A stretch of 64,000 nt of DNA from Thermodesulfobacteriaceae bacterium (GCA_015494065.1 WGCA01000025.1:4396-68395); one strand, 5' to 3'. Counted from the stretch's first letter, positions 42,933-53,489 are shown. Numbers and translations are program-made. The notes: generated by a model from the letters alone, not told the origin.

Positions 42933-44414
42933 TTAAATTTTAGTTTGACAATAACCAAGCATTAAACTTTCTGGCCGAAAAACTACCTCTCTCAAGTCTT
43001 CTTTAAGCCCTTCTTTTCTTTTAAACGCCGCCTCTACCAACGCCTTGGCCCAGAGGGGCTGTCCCAAGACGTGTACGTGAGTATAGGCTCCAAATATATT
43101 TCTGTAAACCACGCCGTCTAACTTTTGCGCAAAACCATGGCCCTTTTCCAACTTTAAGACCAGGGAAATGGCGTTTTCTTTTACGTTTACAGGGCAAGAA
43201 TAATGAAATTCGTGCCCTTTGAGTTTCGTGCCTACCGGATAGAAGGGATTGGGTTTGATAACGGTGGCCTGCACGTATCCGTGCCCCTGGGGCCTTTCAT
43301 GCACGGCAAAATCGATGGGCAAAACCCCTACCATATCGAAGCTTTTCCCACGCCAAAAAATACACCGCCCCAAATACATGAGCCCGCCGCATTCCGCATA
43401 AGTTGGCAGGCCTTCTTCTAGGGCCTCCCGCAGTTCTCGGCGTAAGGAAAGGTTATCCGCCAGCGCTTCCCCTTGGGTCTCCGGGAACCCGCCCCCGACG
43501 TAAAGGGCGTGTAACCCAGAAGGCAGCGTCCTTTCCCGCAGGGCGTCTATATAGACCAGCTCGGCCCCCAGACTTTCAAGGGCCATCAAATTTTCGGGAT
43601 AATAAAACTGGAAAGCTTCGTCCCGCAAGACCCCTATTTTCACCACGGGTTGCACGGTAGGCCACTTTAGGGGCGCGCCGGCAAGGGGCACGGCCTTATG
43701 AGCCAGTCTTTCCACCGCGTCCAGGTCTACGTTTTCCTGTACCAGTTGGGCCAATTTTTCGACCACTTTCTCCCCTTCTCCGTGTTCCTGCCAGGGAAGA
43801 AGCCCCAAATGGCGCATCGGGAAGGAAAAGTTCTTGAGCCGTGGCAATATCCCCAGGACTTTGAGATCAGTATATTTTTCAATACTCTCGGTGATGATCT
43901 TTTCGTGCCTCAGCCGGACGATCTGGTTAAGGATAACCCCGCCGAAAAAGAGGTCTTTTTCGATGACCTGGCACCCCTTAACAAAAGCGGCCAGAGTCCT
44001 AGTAACTTTGGTACTGTCCAGAACAAGAATAACCGGGGCTTTAAGTACCCGGGCCAGTTGGGCGGTAGAACAGGACCCCTGGCTATCTACCCCGTCCAAA
44101 AGTCCCCGGTTACCCTCGATAACTGAAATACCTTCCGGGGAAGCATGGCCCAGAAAAGAAGAAAGAATGGTCTCCTGAGACATGAAAAAAGGGTCCAGGT
44201 TATAGCAGGGATGCCCGGCCGCCAAGGAAAGCCAGCCCGCGTCGATGTAATCTGGCCCCTTTTTAAAGGGGATTACTCGATGACCCTTCTTTTTTAAGGC
44301 CGCCACCAAGCCGAGGGCGAAAAGGGTCTTGCCGGCTCCACCCTTTTGCGCGCTGATAACCAATCGGGGAAGTGTAAATTTGTGCATGAGAGGAAATTTA
44401 ACCGAAATTTCCAC
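42933..44414 (-). CDS. Cobyrinic acid a,c-diamide synthase-family amidotransferase (CbiA/CobB-like; position suggests DsrN-type siroheme amidase)
   Basis: AQKGGAGKT P-loop, GPDYIDAGW, C-terminal GATase (YAECGGLMYLG, HEFHYS). Start is ambiguous (GTG 44414 or ATG 44387). Lies directly downstream of dsrP. Confidence 0.75.
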   Translation of the reverse strand: MEISVKFPLMHKFTLPRLVISAQKGGAGKTLFALGLVAALKKKGHRVIPFKKGPDYIDAGWLSLAAGHPCYNLDPFFMSQETILSSFLGHASPEGISVIEGNRGLLDGVDSQGSCSTAQLARVLKAPVILVLDSTKVTRTLAAFVKGCQVIEKDLFFGGVILNQIVRLRHEKIITESIEKYTDLKVLGILPRLKNFSFPMRHLGLLPWQEHGEGEKVVEKLAQLVQENVDLDAVERLAHKAVPLAGAPLKWPTVQPVVKIGVLRDEAFQFYYPENLMALESLGAELVYIDALRERTLPSGLHALYVGGGFPETQGEALADNLSLRRELREALEEGLPTYAECGGLMYLGRCIFWRGKSFDMVGVLPIDFAVHERPQGHGYVQATVIKPNPFYPVGTKLKGHEFHYSCPVNVKENAISLVLKLEKGHGFAQKLDGVVYRNIFGAYTHVHVLGQPLWAKALVEAAFKRKEGLKEDLREVVFRPESLMLGYCQTKI

Positions 44415-44416
44415 TA

Positions 44417-44451
44417 AATAAAAACAAAAAAGCCGGGGTTTGACCCCGGCT
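44417..44451 (-). terminator. Strong rho-independent terminator after dsrP
   Basis: Minus strand AGCCGGGG-UCAAA-CCCCGGCU followed by UUUUUUGUUUUUAUUU. Confidence 0.8.
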
Positions 44452-44457
44452 TTTTCA

Positions 44458-45618
44458 CTAAATAAGGCCTCTGCTTTCCATTACCGAGATGGCCATTTTA
44501 TAGAGGACCGTTATAATGAGGAAGCCTGCCGCGTAGATACCGATAGAAATCATAACCTCAGGAAAAGTGGGCATATACTCCGTAATGTGCTCCAAAGGGT
44601 TGGGGACAAAACCGCCTACGATGAGCCCCATACCCTTATCGATCCAGGTTCCGATCACCACCAGGAGACAGAGGAAAGGAAGAAGACCTAGGTTGTTACG
44701 GGTTTGAGGAATGACCAAGAGAACAGCCGCCGTAAGCATCAGGGCGTAGGAGGCCCACATCCAGGGCACCAATTTCATGTGCCCGTAAAGTCCGGCAAAT
44801 AGATATTTGAGTGAAATTTGGTGACTTGGGATACCGCTATAAAAAGCGGTGAAGAGTTCGCAGCCGAAGAGGAAAAGGTTGGCAAGCAGGGCGTAAGTTA
44901 TGGTCTTGGCCAGCGCCCGGATGGCCTTTTCTCCCGGATCAAATCGAGTAAAGGCCTTGACAATGTATATCAGGATCAAAAGCAACGCCGGTCCGGAACA
45001 AAAAGCTGAAGCCAGGAAGCGAGGGGCCATCACTGCGGTCAACCAGAAATGACGGCCAGGCAGACCGGCGTACAAGAAAGCCGTAACCGTATGGATGCTA
45101 AAGGCCCAAGGGATTGAGAGATAAATAAAAGGTTTGACCCAATCAGGATATTTGGTGCCTTTGTAAACAGCATGTAAGGCCGTCCAACCACAGATAAGAT
45201 TAAGCAAAAGATAACCGTTTAAGACGATCATATCGTAGAAGAGCATGGAGTGAGGGGTGGGGTGCAAAAGCACGTTGAAGAGCCGGTGCGTTTGACCGAT
45301 ATCCACCACGATGAAAAGGAGGCACATGGTAACAGCGCCGATGGCCAAAAACTCCCCAAAAATAGTAAGTTTTCCATATTCCTTATAATTATGAAGATAA
45401 TAGGGGAGGACCACCATCACCGCGGAGGCTGCTACTCCGACCAGATAGGTAAACTGGGCTACGTAGAAACCCCAGGAAACATCACGGCTCATCCCCGTGA
45501 TACCCAAACCATACTTTAGCTGCTTAAGGAAGAAGAAAAAGCCAACCAAAAAGACCGCCGCTAAAAAGAAAACCAGCGCCCAATACTTTTTACTCCCTAC
45601 TAAGGCCTTCTCTAACAT
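44458..45618 (-). CDS. dsrP: DsrP, NrfD/PsrC-like integral membrane quinone-interacting subunit
   Basis: 386-aa polytopic membrane protein that follows dsrO in M-K-J-O-P order. Confidence 0.8.
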   Translation of the reverse strand: MLEKALVGSKKYWALVFFLAAVFLVGFFFFLKQLKYGLGITGMSRDVSWGFYVAQFTYLVGVAASAVMVVLPYYLHNYKEYGKLTIFGEFLAIGAVTMCLLFIVVDIGQTHRLFNVLLHPTPHSMLFYDMIVLNGYLLLNLICGWTALHAVYKGTKYPDWVKPFIYLSIPWAFSIHTVTAFLYAGLPGRHFWLTAVMAPRFLASAFCSGPALLLILIYIVKAFTRFDPGEKAIRALAKTITYALLANLFLFGCELFTAFYSGIPSHQISLKYLFAGLYGHMKLVPWMWASYALMLTAAVLLVIPQTRNNLGLLPFLCLLVVIGTWIDKGMGLIVGGFVPNPLEHITEYMPTFPEVMISIGIYAAGFLIITVLYKMAISVMESRGLI

Positions 45619-45632
45619 AGGTACACCTCACC

Positions 45633-46433
45633 CTAAATTATATAGAAAACAGAAGGACCAGTTCCTAAATGTACTTTACGCCTGAGCGTAAAATGCTCCC
45701 GCAAAACTTTATTAATTTCGGAGTGGGGATCGGCCAAATCTCCCACCATAATGGCCCCATGTTTACAGGCCTCCACACAGGCCGGAAGCTTACCTTCGGC
45801 CAGGCGCTCTGTACAAAAAGTGCATTTCTCCACCACACCCTTCATCCGGGTGGGATAACGCGGATTAGGGTTTTTAATGTAAGGCCTGGGGTCTTCCCAG
45901 TTAAAGCTACGGGACCCATAGGGACAGGCCGCCATACAGAACCGGCAACCGATGCACCGGTGCATGTCCATCATCACGATCCCGTCTTCCCGTTTAAACG
46001 TGGCCTGGGTAGGACAGACCCTCACGCAAGGCGGATGCTCACAATGGTTACAAAGCACAATAAATTCGCGATCATGTAGATACTCGTCCAGGTACTCGTG
46101 CGCCGTGTCCGGAAAAGCGTGCTCAAACTCCTCTTTCCAGATCCACTTGATCTCGTGCTTTTTATTAGGGATCAAAGGTACGTTGTGCGCATGGTGACAC
46201 GCTTTAATACATTCCTCACACGGCTCATGTTTCTTACAAACCCTGGTATCAATTACCATGCCCCAGCGCCCCGCGGTAAGCGCCTTCTCTGAAGGCTTTA
46301 CCGCATAGGCCTTGACCTCCCCTTTGCTGAGGACCCCAACGGTGGCTGAGGCCCAAAGCCCGGCTAATGATGCGAAGCCGGCTGCTTTGAGGAAGCTTCT
46401 TCGGTCAAGCTTTTTACTTCTTTTGTCGCCCAT
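45633..46433 (-). CDS. dsrO: DsrO, periplasmic 4Fe-4S ferredoxin-like subunit with a Tat signal
   Basis: ATG at 46433 follows [38 protein letters not shown] twin-arginine signal. Several CxxCxxCxxxCP motifs. Confidence 0.85.
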   Translation of the reverse strand: MGDKRSKKLDRRSFLKAAGFASLAGLWASATVGVLSKGEVKAYAVKPSEKALTAGRWGMVIDTRVCKKHEPCEECIKACHHAHNVPLIPNKKHEIKWIWKEEFEHAFPDTAHEYLDEYLHDREFIVLCNHCEHPPCVRVCPTQATFKREDGIVMMDMHRCIGCRFCMAACPYGSRSFNWEDPRPYIKNPNPRYPTRMKGVVEKCTFCTERLAEGKLPACVEACKHGAIMVGDLADPHSEINKVLREHFTLRRKVHLGTGPSVFYII

Positions 46434-46810
46434 CCTTTCTTCTCCTCCGGGGGAATGTGGCAATTCCAGCAATAGGGATGTGCCGCCACGTAATCGTGGC
46501 ACACATCACAAAACTTTTTCTTAGAAGTGTGACAACGCAAACATTCATTCTGGAGACTCATATTAATGAGCCGCCCTTCGGAATTAATGTAGACCCGCAT
46601 ATTGTTACGGACCACGTCATACCGCCACTTGCGCAGCAGCTTCATGTGCTCACGCCGCATAAACTCCTTAGATTCCACGCACTTTTTGTATTCCTTGGGC
46701 AGCTCAGGCTGCGGCTTGGGAGCCGCTTTACCAAAATTGGTCCAGAAAGGAACCGTAACAAAGAGAACAAAGGCTATTATTCCTGGAATGACTTTGCCGG
46801 CATCATGCAT
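46364..46810 (-). CDS. dsrJ: DsrJ, triheme cytochrome c
   Basis: N-terminal anchor plus three CxxCH motifs (CLRCH, CDVCH, CWNCH). The 3' end overlaps dsrO by 70 nt. Confidence 0.85.
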   Translation of the reverse strand: MHDAGKVIPGIIAFVLFVTVPFWTNFGKAAPKPQPELPKEYKKCVESKEFMRREHMKLLRKWRYDVVRNNMRVYINSEGRLINMSLQNECLRCHTSKKKFCDVCHDYVAAHPYCWNCHIPPEEKKGWATKEVKSLTEEASSKQPASHH

Positions 46811-48437
46811 TTTCTTCTTCCTCCGGCTTTAAGGGTTGTTGACGCATATCCAAAGTCCGCGGACGTTCACCCGTCTTTTCATGCGGGAGTACCAAGGCGT
46901 TAGCCACCAGTTCGTGTACCCCGCACACCCCAACCTCAGGGGCCCAGTAATTCATAAGGGTGGGTAAGGCCGCCCGGTCAATGGCGCAGATACAGGCCAG
47001 CATGTTTACCCCATACTTGTCCCGTACGTATTGCACCGCGTTAGCCCGAGGAAAGCCTCCACGCATCCGCATCTCCATAAATTCGTCTGTATTCAAACCG
47101 GAGCCGCTGCCGCAACAGAAGGTCTTTTCCCGAATGGTGTTTTCTGGCATATCGTAAAAGTTATTGCACACGTGTTTCAGGATATAACGGGGCTCTTCAA
47201 AAAAGCCCATGCCGCGGGAAGGATTGCAGGAATCGTGGAAGGTGACCACGTATTTGTCGTTCCGGCTGGGATCTAGTTCGAGTTTTCCATGGGCGATGAG
47301 ATCGGCAGTAAACTCGCAGACGTGGATCATCTTAGTGGACTTGGCGTGCTCAAAGACCGTGCCAGTGATGGGGCTGCGCGGAACTTCCAGGTTTTTAGGC
47401 GCCGGCCCGGTGGCCGTGTCCATATACTGGTGTTTTACCCGCCACATGTGGCCACATTCACCACCGATGATAAAGCGCACCTTGAGACGCTCAGCCTCAT
47501 GGTAAATCTTGGCGTTGATCTTGGCCATGGCCTCGTGGGAGGTGAACAGCCCGAAATTACCACCCTCCGAGGCGTAAGTGCTCATGGTCCAGTCCAGACC
47601 AAGGTAATTAAACAAGATGATATAGCCCATCATGGTGTAGATACCGGGTTCGGCGAAATAGTCCCCAGAGGGGGTGACGAACAAGATCTCCGCCCCTTTC
47701 TTGTTAAAGGGGACCTCCATCTTGACCCCGGTCACTTCTTCAATATCCCAAAGGAGGTATTCGATAATCTCTTTGATGGTATGGGGCGGGATACCGATGT
47801 GGTTACCGATCTTGAAACAGTTCCTCACCGGCTCAAGGATCCAGTTGATATTACAACCTACCAGGTGGAGGAGCTCACGCCCCATCATGGTCACTTCGCA
47901 GGTATCAATTCCATAGGGGCAAAAGACGGAACAGCGACGGCATTCACTACACTGGTAGTAATAATAGAACCACTCTTTGATGACATCCTCATTTAGTTTG
48001 CGCGCCCCGGCCAACTTACCAAAAAGCTTGCCCTGCCAGGTAAGCTCACCTTTATAAATGGAACGCAACAACTCCGCCCGCAAAACCGGCATGTTTTTGG
48101 GGTCCCCTGAGCCGAGGAAATAATGGCACTTATCAGCACAGGCCCCGCAACGCACGCAGATATCCATGAACACCTTAAAGGAACGATACTTGGACAGCCG
48201 ATCCTTCATGCCCTCGATGATGATTTCCCGAAAATTGGAGGGCAATTTCCAGTCTTCATCCAGGGGAGACCAATCGCGGGGATTGGGAAAACCGATCTCT
48301 TCTACGATATTTTTCTTAGCTGGATAACAATATCTCCCCGGTTTAATCTCTGGTGGAATATCATCCATCCAGTCTTTCTCAGGGGGAGTCCAATCTATAC
48401 TTTTAATTAGCTCATCCGGTTTTGGAAGCTTAGCCAT
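46803..48437 (-). CDS. dsrK: DsrK, HdrD-like catalytic Fe-S subunit (CCG domains)
   Basis: CVRCGACADKCH, CSECRRCSVFCPYGID and the C-terminal CCG motif (FCCGSGSG). Confidence 0.9.
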   Translation of the reverse strand: MAKLPKPDELIKSIDWTPPEKDWMDDIPPEIKPGRYCYPAKKNIVEEIGFPNPRDWSPLDEDWKLPSNFREIIIEGMKDRLSKYRSFKVFMDICVRCGACADKCHYFLGSGDPKNMPVLRAELLRSIYKGELTWQGKLFGKLAGARKLNEDVIKEWFYYYYQCSECRRCSVFCPYGIDTCEVTMMGRELLHLVGCNINWILEPVRNCFKIGNHIGIPPHTIKEIIEYLLWDIEEVTGVKMEVPFNKKGAEILFVTPSGDYFAEPGIYTMMGYIILFNYLGLDWTMSTYASEGGNFGLFTSHEAMAKINAKIYHEAERLKVRFIIGGECGHMWRVKHQYMDTATGPAPKNLEVPRSPITGTVFEHAKSTKMIHVCEFTADLIAHGKLELDPSRNDKYVVTFHDSCNPSRGMGFFEEPRYILKHVCNNFYDMPENTIREKTFCCGSGSGLNTDEFMEMRMRGGFPRANAVQYVRDKYGVNMLACICAIDRAALPTLMNYWAPEVGVCGVHELVANALVLPHEKTGERPRTLDMRQQPLKPEEEENA

Positions 48438-48458
48438 GTCTACCCTCTCCGTTAAGGT

Positions 48459-49463
48459 TTATTTCTTTTCGTAACAATCTTCGTCTATGGGTTGGCCAGA
48501 CTCGATCAACTGCTCTTTAAACTCTTCCTGCCACTCACAATAAGTCTTAAACTTGGGCTTCTTCCACCAAGGCGCAGGCTGATGCCGTACGGCCCGGCTG
48601 TTGTTGGCCAAGTTCCTGGTAGGACTGAAGAAAACCCCGAGCATGTGGACCAGCTTGCTGAAAGGGAAATAGGCCATAAGGGCACTCAAGAAGAAGATGT
48701 GAATGTAGAAGATAACTCCTACCTGTGGGGCCTTGGGGTGAAAATGGACCAGCCCCAGGGTGAATTCTTTGACCTGGGTCACGTCTACCTTGAAGAAATG
48801 GCGCATAAGGATACCGGAAATAACCAGGCCGTAGATCATAAAGAGGGGAAGATAATCAGAAGCCAGAGAAATATAGCGTAGCTTGGGATCAGCCAACCGA
48901 CGCAGGAAAAGGAAGGTCAAAGCCGCAAGTATGACCACGTCCGTCATATAGAGATGGGGCAACCCGATGTGGAAGAAACTATCGATCTGATCCAGGATCT
49001 GGATAGGTTCAGGGACCGGATAGGAGAAAAATCGAAAGTGGCGGAGCAGAATGGTGAAAAAGGCGTAATGGAACGCAATCGCCCCCAACCAGAGCCATTT
49101 ATAAGAACCATAAATGAGGTTGGGGCCCTTGATCTCCGCCTTCAAGTTCCGGAAGAGACTCCGGAAGGCAAAGACTTCAAGGATCATGCGCAGGACCACT
49201 TCAAAATTGTTGTAGGGAGATTCTAAACGGCTGCGCTTGACCCAGCGAAAAGACTTCTGCTGGCCGCAAGTGGTCACGATGCGGAACGGTACCGGAATTT
49301 TGGCCCACTCTATCATCCGGTAAACCATCCCGATCAAAAAGACCAAAAAAGCCGCATACGGAATCACAATCCCAAAAAGACCCCTGAGGCCAGCAATCCC
49401 TACCCCAACGTAAACCACGATGACAAAGGCCAATACGGTGACTAATGCGAATACGGCGCCCAT
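48459..49463 (-). CDS. dsrM: DsrM, NarI-like membrane diheme cytochrome b
   Basis: 334-aa polytopic protein at the head of dsrMKJOP. Confidence 0.8.
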   Translation of the reverse strand: MGAVFALVTVLAFVIVVYVGVGIAGLRGLFGIVIPYAAFLVFLIGMVYRMIEWAKIPVPFRIVTTCGQQKSFRWVKRSRLESPYNNFEVVLRMILEVFAFRSLFRNLKAEIKGPNLIYGSYKWLWLGAIAFHYAFFTILLRHFRFFSYPVPEPIQILDQIDSFFHIGLPHLYMTDVVILAALTFLFLRRLADPKLRYISLASDYLPLFMIYGLVISGILMRHFFKVDVTQVKEFTLGLVHFHPKAPQVGVIFYIHIFFLSALMAYFPFSKLVHMLGVFFSPTRNLANNSRAVRHQPAPWWKKPKFKTYCEWQEEFKEQLIESGQPIDEDCYEKK

Positions 49464-49476
49464 ATAATTACCTCGC

Positions 49477-50022
49477 TTAGCCCATCATATTTGTTTGCTC
49501 TGATAAACTTCCTTCTCTTTCATCATAGAGAAGACCTGCTTTGCGTAGCAGCATATACATCCGCCTTTTCCATTCCTCAACTTTCATGTGATACAATCTT
49601 TCGCGACAGGAGTGATATAAGTCAAATGCTTTAAGGGTTAGCTCGTCTATTTCTTCTTCTAGGTCCAAAAACTCTTTAAAAAGCGCCGGATTGTCTAGCT
49701 CATCTCTGATGACTTCACGGATGGCTTTCTTAAGGAGGGGAAAGACCCGAACCGCTTCAGCCGGGGTAAAATCCTGCACCGCACGCACCCGTACGATCCG
49801 ATCAATATAAAATTTTAGTTGATCTTCTTCCGTCTCACCCAATAGCTGGGAGAGAATCCCCTCTACCCCTTCCCCAATATGGGCCCCTACCGGATTTTCA
49901 AAGCGGTCCCGGTTGCGCTTAAAAAAGGCCGCCGCTTCAGGCGGATAAGTCTCCAGAATTAACTGGTACCACTTCTTTTGGATCTTGCCCCTTTTGTCGA
50001 TAAGTAAGTCTTTTATGGCCAT
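49477..50022 (-). CDS. Helical protein of unknown function (RsbRD N-terminal-domain-like), first gene of the dsrMKJOP transcription unit
   Basis: 181-aa ORF, 13 nt upstream of dsrM. Family assignment rests on recollection only. Confidence 0.4.
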   Translation of the reverse strand: MAIKDLLIDKRGKIQKKWYQLILETYPPEAAAFFKRNRDRFENPVGAHIGEGVEGILSQLLGETEEDQLKFYIDRIVRVRAVQDFTPAEAVRVFPLLKKAIREVIRDELDNPALFKEFLDLEEEIDELTLKAFDLYHSCRERLYHMKVEEWKRRMYMLLRKAGLLYDEREGSLSEQTNMMG

Positions 50023-50058
50023 AATTTCTCTCTCAGTAGACTGGCGACCTTTTAAAAA

Positions 50059-50087
50059 ATTTTTGGGAACCGGTCAAGGCAGGATTT
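50059..50087 (-). promoter_or_regulatory. Sigma-70-type promoter candidate for the dsr unit
   Basis: Minus strand TTGACC, 17 nt, TAAAAG, about 35 nt upstream of the 50022 start within an AT-rich 162-nt gap. Confidence 0.35.
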
Positions 50088-50184
50088 TAGCTTTTTAAAG
50101 ACAACTAGACGGAAAAAAACAATTTTTTTGAAAGATAAGGACGCTAATTCTCCAAAAACTCACCAAAAAAGCTTAAAATAAATT

Positions 50185-51279
50185 TCAAAAAAGTTGATGA
50201 AGGCGACGGAAGGCCTTCATCTTCTCGCTGTATTCTATTTTGGCCTTAGAAAGCAACTCCTCAAGGTAGGCGATACTCTGGTCGTATACCTTGCGGTCAA
50301 CCGGGTAAGGGTGGCCATCTTTACCACCGTGGGCAAAGGTATAACGGGCCGGGTCCTTCCGGCTGGCGCTGGTACCGTAAAGCAGTTCAGAAATAAGGGT
50401 CAAGGCGCGCAAGCTCTTGGGGCCAAGGCCCGGGACGCCCAGTAGGGCGGCAAAATTCTGGGGGGTGGAGGTGTAAGTCTTAAGGAGCACTTTCTTAAAC
50501 CCGCGGGGGTTTAGATCTTTTTCGGTCAAATGGTGTCTAGCCGGCAAGACCAATTTTTTGACTTCGGCCAAAATTCTTTCTGGCTCCTCCTTCACTAAGG
50601 CCAGCAAGGTTTCCTGGACCGGTTTGCTCTCTTTGGCCACCAAATTTAAGACTTCCTTTTCTTTGCGTTCCGCCACGATGGCCGCGTGCGGTTCCAGGGT
50701 CATTTCCTTGACCCTTTCTCCCAACCAGTGGTAACGGCGGGCGTAAGCGGTCTTCTCGTTCATCCCCTGCTGAATAACCGCCCAATTACCACTGCGGGTA
50801 AAGAAAAAACAGTGGTGGTAGAGCTGGTAACCATCCTGTAAGGCGGTGTTGTCCACCTTGGCCGCCAGACGACTTCGGTCCACCAGGTGGCTTAAAGGCC
50901 CGGGCAAACCGGCCTTCTCCAGCCAAAAGAGGATCTCATCCGGGGTGCGTCTTGAGGCGCGGGCCTTACCCCCACAAACGAAAAGCCCAATTTCCTGGGA
51001 AAAGGGGGTAACGGCCTCTTTTAAGGCCCCACAGACCGTGGTGGTGAGCCCGGAGGAATGCCAGTCAAAACCCAGTACGCAACCAAAGGCCTGAAACCAA
51101 TAAGGATCGGCCAGGCGCCGCAGTATTTCTTCAACCCCAAATTCAAGGGCCATCAGTTCCACCAGGGCGCGGGCCAACCGGACCATACGCTGGAAGAGCC
51201 AGCGAGGCGCCCGGCCACCGTGTAAGGGAAGATCTGCGACCCCGGTCCGCCTAATCAACCTCGACCCCCTGCTCCACAA
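50185..51279 (-). CDS. DUF763-family protein
   Basis: TGVADLPLHGGRAPRWLFQRM N-terminus as I recall for DUF763. TTG start is uncertain. Overlaps the pyrF 3' end. Confidence 0.55.
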   Translation of the reverse strand: MWSRGSRLIRRTGVADLPLHGGRAPRWLFQRMVRLARALVELMALEFGVEEILRRLADPYWFQAFGCVLGFDWHSSGLTTTVCGALKEAVTPFSQEIGLFVCGGKARASRRTPDEILFWLEKAGLPGPLSHLVDRSRLAAKVDNTALQDGYQLYHHCFFFTRSGNWAVIQQGMNEKTAYARRYHWLGERVKEMTLEPHAAIVAERKEKEVLNLVAKESKPVQETLLALVKEEPERILAEVKKLVLPARHHLTEKDLNPRGFKKVLLKTYTSTPQNFAALLGVPGLGPKSLRALTLISELLYGTSASRKDPARYTFAHGGKDGHPYPVDRKVYDQSIAYLEELLSKAKIEYSEKMKAFRRLHQLF

Positions 51280-51988
51280 AGGCCTGTTTCATCTCTTCTA
51301 GTATTTTAGCCGCCGCCGCTACCGGGTCAGAAGCCTCCCTGATAGGCCTACCTACCACTAAATAATCCGCTCCCGCCAAAATGGCCTCATACGGGGTAAC
51401 GACCCGTACCTGGTCGTGGGTGGCTGAGGCCCAGCTGGGACGTACCCCGGGCACGATTACCCGTAAGTGTTTGAAGGCCTCTTTGACCGCCGCCACTTCT
51501 TTACCTGAACAAACGATCCCGTGGCACCCGGCCCGGTAGGCCAGCCGGGCCAACCAGAGGACTGCCTCCTGGGGGTCTCTGGAAAGCTCGGGAGAATAGC
51601 CGATTTCCATTAATTCCGCCCGGGTGTGGGAGGTCAAAATGGTGACGGCAAAGACCTTGGTACCCCCCTCCACCGCGGCCACCGTCTTTCTTACCGCCTC
51701 CCGACCGGCTAACATATGGACCGTAAGGAGGTCAACACCTGCCAGGCTGGCCCGGTGGGCCGCCTTTTGCATCGTGGCGGGTATGTCGTGTAACTTGAGG
51801 TCCAAAAAGATGTCCGCCTGGCTTTCTTTACGGACCATTTCAATGGCAGGGGGGCCTTCGGCCACGAAAAGCTCAAGCCCGATCTTAAAAACGCCTACGT
51901 GGTCTTTGAGTTTGCGCACCCAGCTACGGGCCTTTTTAAGGTCAGAGACATCAAGGGGAAAGATTAGCCTTTTGCGAACGTCCACCAA
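51251..51988 (-). CDS. pyrF: Orotidine 5'-phosphate decarboxylase
   Basis: LIFPLDV, FKIGLELF, LDLKLHDIPATM, VVGRPI motifs. Confidence 0.93.
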   Translation of the reverse strand: MVDVRKRLIFPLDVSDLKKARSWVRKLKDHVGVFKIGLELFVAEGPPAIEMVRKESQADIFLDLKLHDIPATMQKAAHRASLAGVDLLTVHMLAGREAVRKTVAAVEGGTKVFAVTILTSHTRAELMEIGYSPELSRDPQEAVLWLARLAYRAGCHGIVCSGKEVAAVKEAFKHLRVIVPGVRPSWASATHDQVRVVTPYEAILAGADYLVVGRPIREASDPVAAAAKILEEMKQAFVEQGVEVD

Positions 51989-52015
51989 GCCTCCTCTGTC
52001 TCAAATTTTTGAGCA

Positions 52016-52738
52016 TTGTGCCAAAAAATGAGCCACAAGCAAATTTATTCTTATCCCGGAGAAAGACCCCCATTTTATCCTGATCTGATATTAATAGGTA
52101 CCATCCACCGGGCCCCGTCTTTGAGAGGATTTTTAAAGCAACTCCTACTCGAGATCCGTCCCGCCTTGATCACCGTGGAAATAAGCCCCTTTTCGGTAAG
52201 GTTCAGGCAGAAGAGACAAACCTTTTGGCAAGAGAGGCTGCGCGCCGTGAAAAAGGCTTCTTCTCTTCCCCGGGAGGTCCGTGAGGCCCTGGAAAGGGCC
52301 TTTACCATGCCCTACGAATATCAAATTCCTAAAAGCCTGGGGCTCTGTCCGGTGGTCCCCATTGATCTGAACGCCCCGGCCCGTACTTACCTTCTGGAAC
52401 TCGAAAAACTCCTCTATGACCTACCAAGTCCGGAAGCCTGCCGCCTTCTCAGTCACACCAAAGAGCTGGCCTTCTTACGCCTCTTTTTAAAAGGCTGCTA
52501 TCGGCCCCCTTCTACTGCCGAAGACCGGCTTCGGGAAACCTTCTGGGCTCAAAAAATTAAGAAATTGCTAAGGCTTAAAAGACCCCTGGTTCACGTAGGG
52601 GGCTGGCGGCACTTACCGGGGCTCCTTTCATATTTCCCCGAAAGTGTGGCTCTGGTCCTTGAGCCGTGTTTTTCCAGTCAAAGGGATTATCTTTCGATCA
52701 AGTATAAAAAACACCAGGGGGAAAGTGATGAAGGTTAA
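52016..52738 (+). CDS. Hypothetical protein, weakly TraB/GumN-like
   Basis: LIGTIHRAP and VHVGGWRHLPGL resemble TraB-family motifs. Low certainty. Confidence 0.3.
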   Translation: MCQKMSHKQIYSYPGERPPFYPDLILIGTIHRAPSLRGFLKQLLLEIRPALITVEISPFSVRFRQKRQTFWQERLRAVKKASSLPREVREALERAFTMPYEYQIPKSLGLCPVVPIDLNAPARTYLLELEKLLYDLPSPEACRLLSHTKELAFLRLFLKGCYRPPSTAEDRLRETFWAQKIKKLLRLKRPLVHVGGWRHLPGLLSYFPESVALVLEPCFSSQRDYLSIKYKKHQGESDEG

Positions 52739-53489
52739 GTGGCTGGTCTTTTGGGTGTTACTGATCGTTTCTTCTCAGGCCCTGGCCCTTACCCCGGAAG
52801 AGATTGCCTGGAAAGTCTACCACCGCCCTCAGGGGCGTGATTCTCGGGCAGAAAGCCTGATGATCCTGATCAACAAAAAAGGCAAACAAAAGACCCGGCA
52901 GCTTAAGATTTTTACCAGGGAGGACGAAAAGGCCCGCTACACCCTCATACGTTTTTTGAGTCCCAAAGACATTGCGGGCACCGGCTTCCTCTCCATCGCC
53001 TACCATAACGGTAAAGAGGAACAGTTCCTTTATTTGCCGGCCCTAAAGAGGGTAAGGCGTATTTCCGGTTCTTTTCGCTTTCACCGCTTCGTAAACTCAG
53101 ACTTTATTTACGAAGACCTGGAGCGCCATTACCCCCCGAAATACCACCACCAGCTTTTAAGGGAGGAGAAAATAGGGACCACCCCTTGTTACGTGCTGAA
53201 ATCTTGGCCCAAAAAGAAGAAGGATTCTATCTACGGTTATTGGGTCCAGTGGATCACCAAAGACGGTTTTTTACCCGTAAGGGTGGATTACTACGACCGC
53301 AAAGGACGGCTTTGGAAGAGGTTTGAGGCCGAAGATTGGCAAAAAATCCAGGGTTACTGGACCATCCTTACCTCTTCCATGAAAGACCTCAAAAAAGGCC
53401 ACCAAACCGTTCTCAAAATCGAAAAAATTATATATGATCAAGGACTCAAAGCGAAACTTTTTACCCGCAGGAGTCTTGAACACTGGTAG
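52728..53489 (+). CDS. Outer-membrane lipoprotein-sorting (LolA-like) protein
   Basis: ATG at 52728 follows GGGGGAAAG. Signal peptide MKVKWLVFWVLLIVSSQALA. YLPALKRVRRIS motif typical of this family. Confidence 0.7.
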   Translation: MKVKWLVFWVLLIVSSQALALTPEEIAWKVYHRPQGRDSRAESLMILINKKGKQKTRQLKIFTREDEKARYTLIRFLSPKDIAGTGFLSIAYHNGKEEQFLYLPALKRVRRISGSFRFHRFVNSDFIYEDLERHYPPKYHHQLLREEKIGTTPCYVLKSWPKKKKDSIYGYWVQWITKDGFLPVRVDYYDRKGRLWKRFEAEDWQKIQGYWTILTSSMKDLKKGHQTVLKIEKIIYDQGLKAKLFTRRSLEHW

